From assembly GCA_964632485.1 (NCBI GenBank), contig CAZWDO010000012.1, positions 62,001 through 123,621 on the forward strand: DNA of 61,621 bases, read 5' to 3'. Position numbers and translations under genes: made by a program. The DNA is from an uncultured bacterium. Its GTDB lineage: Bacteria; JAGOEH01. The notes under the pieces are model-generated. The model worked only from the letters and a program-made list of their open reading frames with translations, had not been told where the DNA came from and made no database searches. Every line of letters begins with the position of its first letter. Positions within the stretch are counted from its first letter, which is position 1. This document shows positions 1 through 9,304 of this stretch, in pieces.

Positions 1-2
1 GG

Positions 3-1412
3 AACAGTGGCAGATAGATAAACGTACACCAGGTCGGGAAGATTGATTGCCAGCGCCATGGGCCACAACCATTTTTTTAATCCATGCCGGGCAACCAGTA
101 TCCCACCCAGTATCCCGCCGATGGTCAATGTTGCCAATCCCACCGTGCCGTAGGCCAAACCAACCTGTCCGGTTGAAAGACCTAAACCACCCTTATCCAG
201 ACCATCCATCAGGAATGGGGATGCCAGTTTTACTAATTGGGATTCCGCAAACCGATAGAGTAACAGAAATAAGAGCAGCGAAACAATATCTTTTTTATCA
301 AAAAATGAAAAGAAAGTTTCTTTAAAAGCGCCAATAATTGAGGTTACGCTGCGGCCCTTCATCACGGCTTGATCCGTGACCGGATGGGGAAGAAACAGTT
401 TATGGTAAAATGCAAAAAAGAGGAACATCGATGCCATCATGGCGAAAGTAAGCGACCATGAAAGTACGATATTCCCGGAAGTCGCTTTAAAAAAACTACG
501 GGTTTGATACGATACTTTAGAGTCCAATTGAATCGCCGCCGATTGAGGAATATACCAGTTTTCCTGATTGAACACCAGCCGGCTGCCGCTTTTAAGCGTA
601 AAATCTTTACTGCCTTCGCTGCGGTTGAGCATGACTACAATCTCTTTCCCCGCTTCCATCGGTCGGGAGAGACGAAAAAAGACTTCTTGGCTATCCATGC
701 GCATCGAGGCAGATTGTACGGGGAAAATCAGAGTGTCCGGAAAGGCCAGAATACGTAAATCTTCATGCAGTGTGGTAGGCTGATTGAATTCCTGCGGCAT
801 GGATTGCGTATGGACAGCGCTGGTATCAGTCTGTGTGACGATCTCAACGGGCGGCAAGCCGGATTGACTTTGAATAAAGCCGGCAAACATCACCAATAAT
901 CCCTGACCCATCAACATGGCCAACCGATAAAAACTACTGCGTACACCGACGAACCAGGCTTGTTGGTGAGTGGAAAGACCCAATAAATAGAAACCATCGG
1001 CGGCAATATCATGGGTCGCCGACACAAAAGCGACTACCCAGAGAAGTATGAGCGAAAACCAGAAAAAAGACGAAAGTGGCAAGACTAAGGTCACACCGAT
1101 AAACGCAAAACCAAGTAGTAGTTGGCATAGCCATATCCAGTGACGCTTGGTTGAAAACGCAACCACCAGGGGACTCCATAGCGGTTTGATAACCCAGGGC
1201 AGATAGAGCAGACTGGTCCAAAAAGCAATTTTGTCATTGGCAATTCCAAGATTTTTATACATGATCACCGATGCGGTCATCGCTATGATATAGGGGATAC
1301 CTTCGGCAAAATAAAGTGAAGGAACCCAAAGCCAGGGAGTGCGGCTTTTCCCCTTGCTATCGATGATTCCCTTATGGATCGATTCTTGTTTCTCTATAGC
1401 TGTCTCCTGCAT
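3..1412 (-). CDS. ampG: AmpG-like MFS permease (muropeptide transporter family), 3' end truncated by the window edge
   Basis: Missing from the ORF track because it runs off the edge. Manual translation from ATG 1412 (SD GAAAGGAG) gives MQETAIEK...TPWLWVPSLYFAEGIPY...FWTSLLYLPWVIKPLWSP...ATHDIAADGFYL...LLYRFAESQLVKLASPFLMD...GGLGLS, all AmpG-family signatures. Confidence 0.85.
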   Translation of the reverse strand, partial: MQETAIEKQESIHKGIIDSKGKSRTPWLWVPSLYFAEGIPYIIAMTASVIMYKNLGIANDKIAFWTSLLYLPWVIKPLWSPLVVAFSTKRHWIWLCQLLLGFAFIGVTLVLPLSSFFWFSLILLWVVAFVSATHDIAADGFYLLGLSTHQQAWFVGVRSSFYRLAMLMGQGLLVMFAGFIQSQSGLPPVEIVTQTDTSAVHTQSMPQEFNQPTTLHEDLRILAFPDTLIFPVQSASMRMDSQEVFFRLSRPMEAGKEIVVMLNRSEGSKDFTLKSGSRLVFNQENWYIPQSAAIQLDSKVSYQTRSFFKATSGNIVLSWSLTFAMMASMFLFFAFYHKLFLPHPVTDQAVMKGRSVTSIIGAFKETFFSFFDKKDIVSLLLFLLLYRFAESQLVKLASPFLMDGLDKGGLGLSTGQVGLAYGTVGLATLTIGGILGGILVARHGLKKWLWPMALAINLPDLVYVYLSATV

Positions 1413-1655
1413 GTTCCGTATCTCCTTTCATTGATATTCGGCATTATCGTTTCTCTCACTCGCTTTTCCTGATACTCTAATCGATATTGATACAGGTATT
1501 TCGATAAGAATCTAATAAATAAACAGCCTCTAATTTATAATAAAAGAAATATTTTAAATTTGTCAATATAAATTTTAAACTTTTTTTGATGGAACGAGTC
1601 TAAAGATAAGAACCCGGGTAAAATGAACCAATAAATTCAAGCTAAGGAGAAAAAA

Positions 1656-2204
1656 ATGAAACGCACTCTGATGACAGTATGCCTCGTTTTTGCATTGACA
1701 ATGATGTTAAGCGCCCAACCGCTGCCTGGCCGCCCAGGTTGTGGCCCGGTATGTGGTAAAATGGAGATGCGGGATGGCGGTAAAGGCGGTGAAAAAATGA
1801 TGGATGCCCGTATTCCCGGCGCTCAGTTTTTGTTGAAAAATGCTCAGAAAATCGGTTTGACGGAAGAGCAAGTGAATAAAATTGAAGGTATGGACTATGA
1901 TCATAAGAAAATGATGATCAACACCAAGCGCGATGTGGAAATGGCCGAATTGGATCTTCACAGTAAAATGAAAGCTGACAATCTTGATAAGAATGCCATT
2001 TTGCAGGCTCACGATAATCTCCAGAAAATTCGTAACCTTATGATCCGTTCAGGCTTGGAACATCGCTTGAACTTATTGTCTTTGCTGACTGCCGAGCAGA
2101 AGAAACAACTTCCGTCCTGTGGTGAGGGAGCTTGTCCGGGCATGGGTAAAGAACGTGGCGCTGAAAAAAAAGGTTGCCATGGAATGGAAAAACCCGAGAA
2201 TTAA
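1656..2204 (+). CDS. Periplasmic Spy/CpxP/ZraP-family protein (LTxxQ motifs)
   Basis: Signal peptide; LTEEQ and LTAEQ motifs; Met/Gly/Cys-rich termini; SD AAGGAG. Confidence 0.8.
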   Translation: MKRTLMTVCLVFALTMMLSAQPLPGRPGCGPVCGKMEMRDGGKGGEKMMDARIPGAQFLLKNAQKIGLTEEQVNKIEGMDYDHKKMMINTKRDVEMAELDLHSKMKADNLDKNAILQAHDNLQKIRNLMIRSGLEHRLNLLSLLTAEQKKQLPSCGEGACPGMGKERGAEKKGCHGMEKPEN

Positions 2205-2218
2205 TAATGCTTAACTTT

Positions 2219-2256
2219 AAAAAGGCCCTTTGTTCTTTGTAATAAAGGGCTTTTTT
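2219..2256 (+). terminator. Rho-independent terminator
   Basis: GCCCTTTGTT...AATAAAGGGC stem followed by TTTTTT, just after the stop at 2204. Confidence 0.75.
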
Positions 2257-2273
2257 AAACTATAAGGGATAAC

Positions 2274-2888
2274 ATGGAATTTGTTGAATATCTGCCTGAA
2301 GCTGATTTCCATTTTTTTTTACAGCATTCCCTATTAAAGGATTCGAACAATTATCGGGAAATTTGGGAATTGGTCCACATATTGTATGATCTATCTGCCT
2401 GGGGCGCTTACCAAAAAGCCCTTTTTTTGACCTTTCTTCTATATGTTCTGGGTGATGAAACCCGGATGATTACAATTTTGAGGCGGCTGGATGCGGTTCA
2501 GCATGAACGATTAGTTCCGATGGATATCGATACATTCCTTCAAGCGTTTGTTGGAATTGTACCTTCATCCGAGTTGATCGGACGGTTCCAATCAGATTTT
2601 GAAAAAACATGGAAACCCGCTTTGTCAGGCGTTGAAGGAAAGCTTAAAGCTAAAGCTGCCGCATTTGCCCGTGAGTTGCTGGATGATTTTCTGGTTTTTT
2701 TTGATGAAATGAAACATGAGTTTTTATTAGCGGAAAAAGAAATCCATAGCATTGAATTGACCGATGCTGAGCTGGAAAATAAAGCCCTGCGATGGGAATA
2801 CAAGTTTTTGGGGCGGGATGAACGTAAAATTGAAGATCGGAGAAAAAAATTTTATTCAGGAAAAGAACCTTGGTTACCTATAGATTAA
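2274..2888 (+). CDS. Hypothetical helical protein (possibly the N-terminal half of a frameshifted gene continuing to 3472)
   Basis: 204-aa ORF with SD-like AAGGGA; no recognised motif. Confidence 0.6.
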   Translation: MEFVEYLPEADFHFFLQHSLLKDSNNYREIWELVHILYDLSAWGAYQKALFLTFLLYVLGDETRMITILRRLDAVQHERLVPMDIDTFLQAFVGIVPSSELIGRFQSDFEKTWKPALSGVEGKLKAKAAAFARELLDDFLVFFDEMKHEFLLAEKEIHSIELTDAELENKALRWEYKFLGRDERKIEDRRKKFYSGKEPWLPID

Positions 2889-3472
2889 CCCCTGAAGAGA
2901 CGAATTATTACCGTTTCCTTTTTTTATTGGACAAGGAAAATTTTACTATATTGGATGTATTGGATGAGCTATCGGCTTTTCGCGACCGTTTTAAAAATGC
3001 CGGAGAAAAATTAGCTTTTGTGGAGTTTTTATCCAATATTTTCCATATTCGCTGGGAACATGATGTTTTTGCGCGTAATCATCAGCGTTTGATCGATATT
3101 CTTTTTGGAATTCAACATGCTATCGACCAGGGTGATGTGGAAGCTAAACAAGTCGTTGATGATTTGTACCAACGGTTTTATCAAATCGTACGTGAAAAAG
3201 GCGAACAGATTCGTCAGCGCGTCTTCGCCGCCACTAAAAAGTTGATGGCCGCGCATCGGGAACGGATTCCAAATAAAGACCGCATCCATCATGAAGTGGT
3301 CGATTGGTTGAAACTCAGCCAGGAGTATGTTGTCAATTCATTGGATAGTATCATACGCGATCGCTATCCGGAATGGATTGTGAGCCAACGTATCGGAATC
3401 TCGTTGGATAATCTGACCTATGAAGCCTTGAACTATGATCCGGAAAAGCGCGAAACTCTACTTTTTAAATAG
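2870..3472 (+). CDS. Hypothetical helical protein (possibly the C-terminal half of the preceding gene)
   Basis: 200-aa ORF with TTG start; its frame is open back to 2834 across an A7 run. Confidence 0.6.
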   Translation: MVTYRLTPEETNYYRFLFLLDKENFTILDVLDELSAFRDRFKNAGEKLAFVEFLSNIFHIRWEHDVFARNHQRLIDILFGIQHAIDQGDVEAKQVVDDLYQRFYQIVREKGEQIRQRVFAATKKLMAAHRERIPNKDRIHHEVVDWLKLSQEYVVNSLDSIIRDRYPEWIVSQRIGISLDNLTYEALNYDPEKRETLLFK

Positions 3473-3853
3473 AACATAAATCGTATCTTCGATATTTTTT
3501 ACAATACCGATAACCCGGCATAAACCTATCGTTGTCGTATCGGTATTCGTTAATTCCGTTTCAGCCCGGCCATCGCGGGTATAGGCTTGACTTGTAATTT
3601 GACCCAGGCTTGAAGAGAAACTTACCAGGGTGCTATCCGCGATTAAATGTCCGCCAGAATCGACTTTAGCCCAAATCGTCGAGCTTTTTACAGTTGATAT
3701 TTTGAGTGTGTCCGGATTGGCGGTCAACACGATTTGAATGGATACTGTGGGATCATCACCATTGTTGTCCGTGGGCGTCGTTGCTTTTTGACAAGCGATC
3801 CACCCGGTTAACATCCCCAGACATAGTATCAAGAATCTTTTATTTGTTTTCAT
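3458..3853 (-). CDS. Lipoprotein with an Ig-like (Big_1/invasin-type) domain
   Basis: Lipobox-like WIAC after a hydrophobic stretch; LTANPDTL...STIWAKV...VSFSSSLGQI...TRDGRAETEL pattern. Confidence 0.65.
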   Translation of the reverse strand: MKTNKRFLILCLGMLTGWIACQKATTPTDNNGDDPTVSIQIVLTANPDTLKISTVKSSTIWAKVDSGGHLIADSTLVSFSSSLGQITSQAYTRDGRAETELTNTDTTTIGLCRVIGIVKNIEDTIYVLFKK

Positions 3854-4200
3854 GGCGTTCCTCCATAATGGGGTTGAATTTTTTGATAATACGCCATTTG
3901 CGTTAATTTATCATTTCCTGCATCTTATTCCCTTACTATTTCTTTTATCTTGGATATTCCACTGATTGTGGAAAATCTGAACATTACTGGGCATCGTGTG
4001 ATTAAAACCAGCTAATTTACGGTTTAGAACCTCCCCGCCCCATTTCATGGCATGAAGCTCCTGGAGGTACTGGGATTTCACTATCGCGGCAGTTTTGTTG
4101 AAGCGATAGTGGTAATATACATGATTTCGATTTTTTTGTCAATATTAAAAAAGAGATTAAATTGCCTTGCGTAATGATCAAAAAAGTTTATATTGAAATT

Positions 4201-5334
4201 ATGAATCATCGTGGAGAAATTTTAGTTGTAGCCACACTGGGCTATACCATTGAGGCCTTTTTGCTCCCTTATATCGAGTGGTTCCGGCAACAAGGTTATC
4301 ATGTTGTTTGTTTATCTAATTGGGAATATGCATGGCAACGGTTGCCAATCGAGGTGGAGCGGATTCATTTTCCGTTTCAGCGACGACTGGGATTATTTCA
4401 CTGGCCGTTTTGGATACGAAAACTTCGACGAATATTGCGTGAGCGGCAATGGAGTCTGGTTTATACTCACACTCCGATTGCTTCGGCATTGGTCCGCCTG
4501 GCCGCAAGGGGTTTGAACCCGTCGATTCCTGTTCTCTATGAAGCGCATGGATTTCATTTTCATCAGTATGGTCATTGGCTTGTCAATCGGATTTACTTTG
4601 CGGTAGAAGAAAGGTTGTCCGTTTATAGTAGCGGGATTATAACGCTTAACCATTTTGATTATCATCAGGCAAAAAAATTCCGTGGAACCGCGCCGGTATT
4701 TTATGTCCCGGGAGTCGGCGTAGATACGGTTTATTTTCAACCTGATGAGACGCTGGGCAGAGAAAAACGCCTCCAACTTTCCCTGGAGCCCACACGAAAA
4801 ATTCTCGTGACCATCGCGGATCTGATTCCCCGCAAGCAGGTGTTGCCATTGGTATTGTTAGCCGCTCAATTGAGAGATATTTATTCGGATTTCAGTTGGT
4901 TTCTGATTGGCGAGGGTTCCCTGGCCGGTCAACTCCGGAAAGAAATTGAAAGACTTTCGCTTTCTGATCATTTCATTTTGGCAGGTTGGCAGGCAGATGT
5001 TCACTCCTGGTTAGCCATGGCTGATCTCTTCGTATTACTTTCCTGGCAGGAAGGCCTCCCCCGTTCAGTATTAGAAGCTGGCGCTTGCGCAGTACCGGTC
5101 CTCGTTTCCAATATTCGTGGCAATCGCGATCTGATTGATCAGGGCAAAAATGGATTTCTTATTCCCCCGAGCCTTCTTGAATTGAGTTTGGAGTATTTAT
5201 GCTTTCCCTGGACAGAGACGAACCGACTCAAGGAATGCGGGATGAATTTGCGGAAAAAAATCGAATCCCGGTTCAGTTTACAAAAAGCCCTTGACGCGCA
5301 CACGGTAATTTTTAATAATTATTTAGGAGAATGA
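4201..5334 (+). CDS. Glycosyltransferase family 4 (GT-B fold)
   Basis: YTHTPIAS, YEAHGFHF, VPGVGVD, EGLPRSVLEA and SNIRGNRDLI motifs; start placed at ATG 4201. Confidence 0.9.
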   Translation: MNHRGEILVVATLGYTIEAFLLPYIEWFRQQGYHVVCLSNWEYAWQRLPIEVERIHFPFQRRLGLFHWPFWIRKLRRILRERQWSLVYTHTPIASALVRLAARGLNPSIPVLYEAHGFHFHQYGHWLVNRIYFAVEERLSVYSSGIITLNHFDYHQAKKFRGTAPVFYVPGVGVDTVYFQPDETLGREKRLQLSLEPTRKILVTIADLIPRKQVLPLVLLAAQLRDIYSDFSWFLIGEGSLAGQLRKEIERLSLSDHFILAGWQADVHSWLAMADLFVLLSWQEGLPRSVLEAGACAVPVLVSNIRGNRDLIDQGKNGFLIPPSLLELSLEYLCFPWTETNRLKECGMNLRKKIESRFSLQKALDAHTVIFNNYLGE

Positions 5335-5336
5335 AC

Positions 5337-5365
5337 TTGACAACTTTGCGGTTTCTGTTTATATT
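5337..5365 (+). promoter_or_regulatory. Sigma70-type promoter for gcvT-ftsK
   Basis: TTGACA-17 nt-TATATT. Confidence 0.6.
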
Positions 5366-5449
5366 AACCCCATAGATTAACGAAAGCGTCGCCGGAAGGG
5401 ATGCCTAGCCCAGGTCGCTAAAATCCTCTTGATATTAAAGGAGCAAGCC

Positions 5450-6562
5450 ATGGATATTTTAAAACGAACGGTTTTTTATGAGGAACATCAAAATGCGGGA
5501 GCCAAATTGGTTCCTTTTGCCGGCTATTTGATGCCGGTCCAGTATCCAACGGGTATTATCGCGGAACATAAGGCCGTCCGAACGACGGCGGGGATGTTTG
5601 ATGTCAGCCACATGGGTGAATTCATTGTCAGAGGGCTCGATGCAGAATCTTTTATTAATAAAATTATTACCAATGATGTCAGTAAAATTGTTGACTACCA
5701 GGCCCTCTATAGCGCCCTTTGCTATGATACCGCCACTATCGTCGATGACCTGCTGGTTTATCGATTCCCGGACCGTTTTATGCTGGTCGTGAATGCCGCC
5801 AATATTCAGAAAGATTGGGACCATATTCAGGCTCAGATTGGGGACTTTCAAGTTGAGCTGGAAAATATCAGCGACCGAGTGTCTTTGATCGCGCTACAAG
5901 GACCGCGAGCGGAGGAGATAATGAGGTTCCTTACTGCTACGGCTTTGGAACCAATTGGATATTATCATTTTTGTGAATCCACTGTAGCTGGGATCAATGT
6001 GGCGCTCTCCCGTACCGGATATACTGGAGAGGATGGATTTGAAATATATGTTCAGGATGACGCTGGCGCTTTAACTGTTTGGCGCGAAATTATCCGAGTT
6101 GGCCACCCGCTGGGTCTCAAACTATGTGGGCTTGGAGCGCGGGATACGTTGCGTCTGGAAATGGGGTTTGCCCTCTATGGCAATGATATCGATGATTCGA
6201 CGACTCCATTGGATGCGGGTTTGAATTGGATTGTCAAACTCAATAAATCAGTGAATTTCACGGGAAAAGATTCGATGCTGGAACAAAAAAAGAATGGTTT
6301 GAAAAGGAAATTAATCGCATTTAAATATCCAGATAAACTGATTCCCCGCCATGGATATTCAATTGTTGATTGCGACGACACCATCATCGGGCATGTGACC
6401 AGCGGCTGTTTTTCTCCAATGCTTGAGCAGTCGATTGGCATGGGCTATGTTGAACTACAAAACGGTAAAATCCCTGAATGTCTTTGGATCACTATCCGTG
6501 AAAAACGCATCCCCCTTGAAATTTGCAAACTTCCTTTTTTTACACAAGTGGGTCATAAATAA
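5450..6562 (+). CDS. gcvT: Glycine cleavage system aminomethyltransferase T
   Basis: FAGYLMPVQY, EHKAVR, GMFDVSHMGE, SRTGYTGEDGFE, GLGARDTLRLE; SD AAGGAG before ATG 5450. Confidence 0.97.
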   Translation: MDILKRTVFYEEHQNAGAKLVPFAGYLMPVQYPTGIIAEHKAVRTTAGMFDVSHMGEFIVRGLDAESFINKIITNDVSKIVDYQALYSALCYDTATIVDDLLVYRFPDRFMLVVNAANIQKDWDHIQAQIGDFQVELENISDRVSLIALQGPRAEEIMRFLTATALEPIGYYHFCESTVAGINVALSRTGYTGEDGFEIYVQDDAGALTVWREIIRVGHPLGLKLCGLGARDTLRLEMGFALYGNDIDDSTTPLDAGLNWIVKLNKSVNFTGKDSMLEQKKNGLKRKLIAFKYPDKLIPRHGYSIVDCDDTIIGHVTSGCFSPMLEQSIGMGYVELQNGKIPECLWITIREKRIPLEICKLPFFTQVGHK

Positions 6563-9138
6563 TGTCCTGGCAAAACAAAAAGCACCATGTTTGGGGCATT
6601 GTATTCATTCTTTTTGGACTTTTGTTGTTGATCAGTCTGATCAGCTACATTCCGCAGGACTATAATTTGATCCAGGTTAAAGGTTTTTTCAGGGCGAAAT
6701 GCCACAATTTCGGAGGAGCGCTGGGAGCCTGGCTTTCAACTACTCTTCTGCGAGGGTTTGGTTATCCTGCCTATATTCTCGTCTTAGGTTCCTTAGCTAT
6801 TGGATTGGTTTACTTAATTCCTTCTCAAATTTGGAAGAAATGGCGAATTTTTATTCTGACTGGGATATTAGTGATGCTTTTTTCAATTTTACTCAATCTG
6901 GCGCAAACCCAGTTTGGAAGCAAGCTGCCTACAGACGCTACCTTCCGCTGGGGTGGGGCCCTGTTTGAATCCTTTACTAATGGAATGTCGAATTTTTTAG
7001 GAGCGGTTGGAAGCTATTTAATTATCTTGGCAACGATTATCGTATCGCTTTTGTTGTTGACTGATTTGCGGTTGATTGAGCTGTCCGGTTTAATTATTGT
7101 TTGGTTGATGGAAAAAATAAAAAAAGTGAGGGAGCGCCCTCCCATCACGCCGGAAAATAAAGATCGCGCTGATCGGGAGGAGAGCGCGGATCGTGGTGTT
7201 CAGCTTTTTCCTAAGGAAGAAAGCGAAAAAAAAAAACTGAAAGATTCTCCGCCTCCGCTGACTGAAAAAAAAACGGTCGTAAAGCAGCCAGTTAAACCCG
7301 ATGAAAATAGATATAAAGATTCATCAGTTTCGAATTTCGGAGAAGAGGAGGCGGACTCCCCGGTTCCGATTCAGACCCAATCGGCATTCAGCGCGGAAGA
7401 ATTGAAGGCGGCGCTGGTTGGTAATGACGAAGAGGATATGCCTCTAACGCTCAATGATAGGCAATCTTTTCCGTCGGAAACGAGTGTGAAAATTGAGCGC
7501 CCCGCTCTGGTTGATAAATCGGGTGAGCATATTTTATTGCATGACGATTCTGGCGAGAAATCAGTCTCTGTTGAAGCTGTATCGGAAATTTCATTAGCTT
7601 CTGCCAACGGCAAATCGTCTCAATTGTCCGGAGGTAAGGAATCTGGGAATCAAACCGCATCTTCGGCCAAAATCCTTGATGAACGTCCCTGCCAGATACC
7701 CTCAGCCGAAAATCTTTTGCCAAATCCACCAACAGATACGATTAAAAATATTCCCCGCATCGAAATCCAGGATACATCGTCCCGGTTAGAAAGTAAGCTG
7801 AAAGAGTTTGGCATTGTAGGCAAGGTTACCAGTATCAGCCCCGGTCCGGTCGTTACGATGTACGAATTGCGTTTGGCGGCTGGCGTTAAGGTTAACAAAA
7901 TTTTAGGGTTGATTGACGATTTGTCGATGGCGTTGATGGGTCGGAGAGTGCGAATTGTCGCGCCGATCCCCGGACGTGATACGATTGGGGTTGAAGTTCC
8001 CAACCGTAATCCTGAAATTGTCTATTTCAAGGATATTCTGCGATGTTCTGATTATATGACTTCGGAAAAACCCCTTTTACTGGCATTGGGGAAAACAATC
8101 TCCGGAGAACCTTTTGTGACCAGTCTGACCAGTATGCCCCATCTACTGATTGCCGGCGCAACGGGCTCCGGTAAAAGTGTTTGTGTGAATAGTATTCTGG
8201 GATCGTTTTTATTTAAGTATTCACCCCAGCAATTGCGTATGATACTGATCGATCCGAAAATGATTGAGCTGAGTGTTTATAATGATATTCCCCATTTGCT
8301 GACGCCGGTGGTTACGGACCCCAAGAATGCGGTAGCGGCCTTAAAATGGGCTGTGATGGAGATGGAGAACCGGTACCGGATGTTGGCCAAATATAATGCC
8401 CGCAACATTATCGATTTTAATGTAAAAATTGAAAAGATGCGAAAAAATGAGGGGGAAGTCGGGCAGGAATTGGAAAAATTGAATTATATAGTTGTCGTAA
8501 TTGATGAATTTGCGGATTTGATGATGACCGCTAGCGGGGACATCGAGGAATCGATTGCGCGTTTGGCGCAGATGGCTCGCGCGGTTGGAATGCATCTTAT
8601 TTTGGCTACTCAGCGTCCCTCGGTAAATGTGATTACGGGTGTGATAAAAGCAAATTTCCCCACTCGTATCGCTTTTCAGGTTGCCCAACGTAATGATTCC
8701 CGTACTATTTTGGATATGAATGGCGCGGAGTCGCTTCTGGGTAAAGGCGATATGCTTTTTCTTCCTCCGGGGAAACCGTTGCCCTATCGAATTCATGGCG
8801 CTTATATCAGCACCGAGGAGACTGAGAAACTGGTCGCGCATTGGCAACAATATCCGGTTCATTATGAAAGCATATTTGATGAATTGGAAGAAGAGAACAG
8901 CGACAACGGTTTAATGGGTGGCGAACGAGATGCTTTGTTTTTTAAAGCGGCTCGGTTGGTCATCATGCACCAGCAGGGCTCCTCCTCTATGCTGCAAAGG
9001 CGCTTGAATATTGGTTTCCCACGCGCCAGCCGTATTATCGAGCAGTTGCAGCAATCGGGAATCGTGGGCCCGGACCGCGGATCAAAAGTGAGAGACGTTT
9101 TGGTAGATAGTAGCTATCTGGATATGATGGAACAATAA
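6562..9138 (+). CDS. ftsK: DNA translocase FtsK/SpoIIIE
   Basis: N-terminal TM domain, linker, PHLLIAGATGSGKS, IDEFADLMM, HLILATQRPS and C-terminal gamma domain (LQRRLNIGFPRASR). Confidence 0.97.
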   Translation: MSWQNKKHHVWGIVFILFGLLLLISLISYIPQDYNLIQVKGFFRAKCHNFGGALGAWLSTTLLRGFGYPAYILVLGSLAIGLVYLIPSQIWKKWRIFILTGILVMLFSILLNLAQTQFGSKLPTDATFRWGGALFESFTNGMSNFLGAVGSYLIILATIIVSLLLLTDLRLIELSGLIIVWLMEKIKKVRERPPITPENKDRADREESADRGVQLFPKEESEKKKLKDSPPPLTEKKTVVKQPVKPDENRYKDSSVSNFGEEEADSPVPIQTQSAFSAEELKAALVGNDEEDMPLTLNDRQSFPSETSVKIERPALVDKSGEHILLHDDSGEKSVSVEAVSEISLASANGKSSQLSGGKESGNQTASSAKILDERPCQIPSAENLLPNPPTDTIKNIPRIEIQDTSSRLESKLKEFGIVGKVTSISPGPVVTMYELRLAAGVKVNKILGLIDDLSMALMGRRVRIVAPIPGRDTIGVEVPNRNPEIVYFKDILRCSDYMTSEKPLLLALGKTISGEPFVTSLTSMPHLLIAGATGSGKSVCVNSILGSFLFKYSPQQLRMILIDPKMIELSVYNDIPHLLTPVVTDPKNAVAALKWAVMEMENRYRMLAKYNARNIIDFNVKIEKMRKNEGEVGQELEKLNYIVVVIDEFADLMMTASGDIEESIARLAQMARAVGMHLILATQRPSVNVITGVIKANFPTRIAFQVAQRNDSRTILDMNGAESLLGKGDMLFLPPGKPLPYRIHGAYISTEETEKLVAHWQQYPVHYESIFDELEEENSDNGLMGGERDALFFKAARLVIMHQQGSSSMLQRRLNIGFPRASRIIEQLQQSGIVGPDRGSKVRDVLVDSSYLDMMEQ

Positions 9139-9304
9139 ATTCTCCATTCCGTTCGGGAGTGGCTACGGAATGAAATCAAAAAAATCTGCCGAGAAATAAA
9201 AACTTTTTTTACTTGAAAGATGGTGGTTTTTTAATTATTATATAGTAAAGTAGTTGTGTTTATAACTTTGGATTATTCAGAGATTCATTAAAAAAGGAGT
9301 AGCT

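Noticed and set aside
47-1221. Short ORFs listed in the track at the left end
   Set aside because: They are antisense or out-of-frame shadows of the edge-truncated AmpG-like gene.
4079-4111. Inverted repeat CACTATCGC...GCGATAGTG in a divergent intergenic region
   Set aside because: A 9-bp stem with a 15-nt loop and no U-tail or second copy; it could be an operator but cannot be supported.
5370-5440. Possible glycine riboswitch upstream of gcvT (CGCCGGAAGG...CAGG)
   Set aside because: The leader is short and lacks the GGAGA and CUCUCAGG consensus elements and clear P1 pairing; a CCTGGGC (ZMP-like) motif occurs only on the wrong strand.
9145-9172. Hairpin CATTCCGT...ACGGAATG after ftsK
   Set aside because: No U-tract on the coding strand, so it is not called a terminator.
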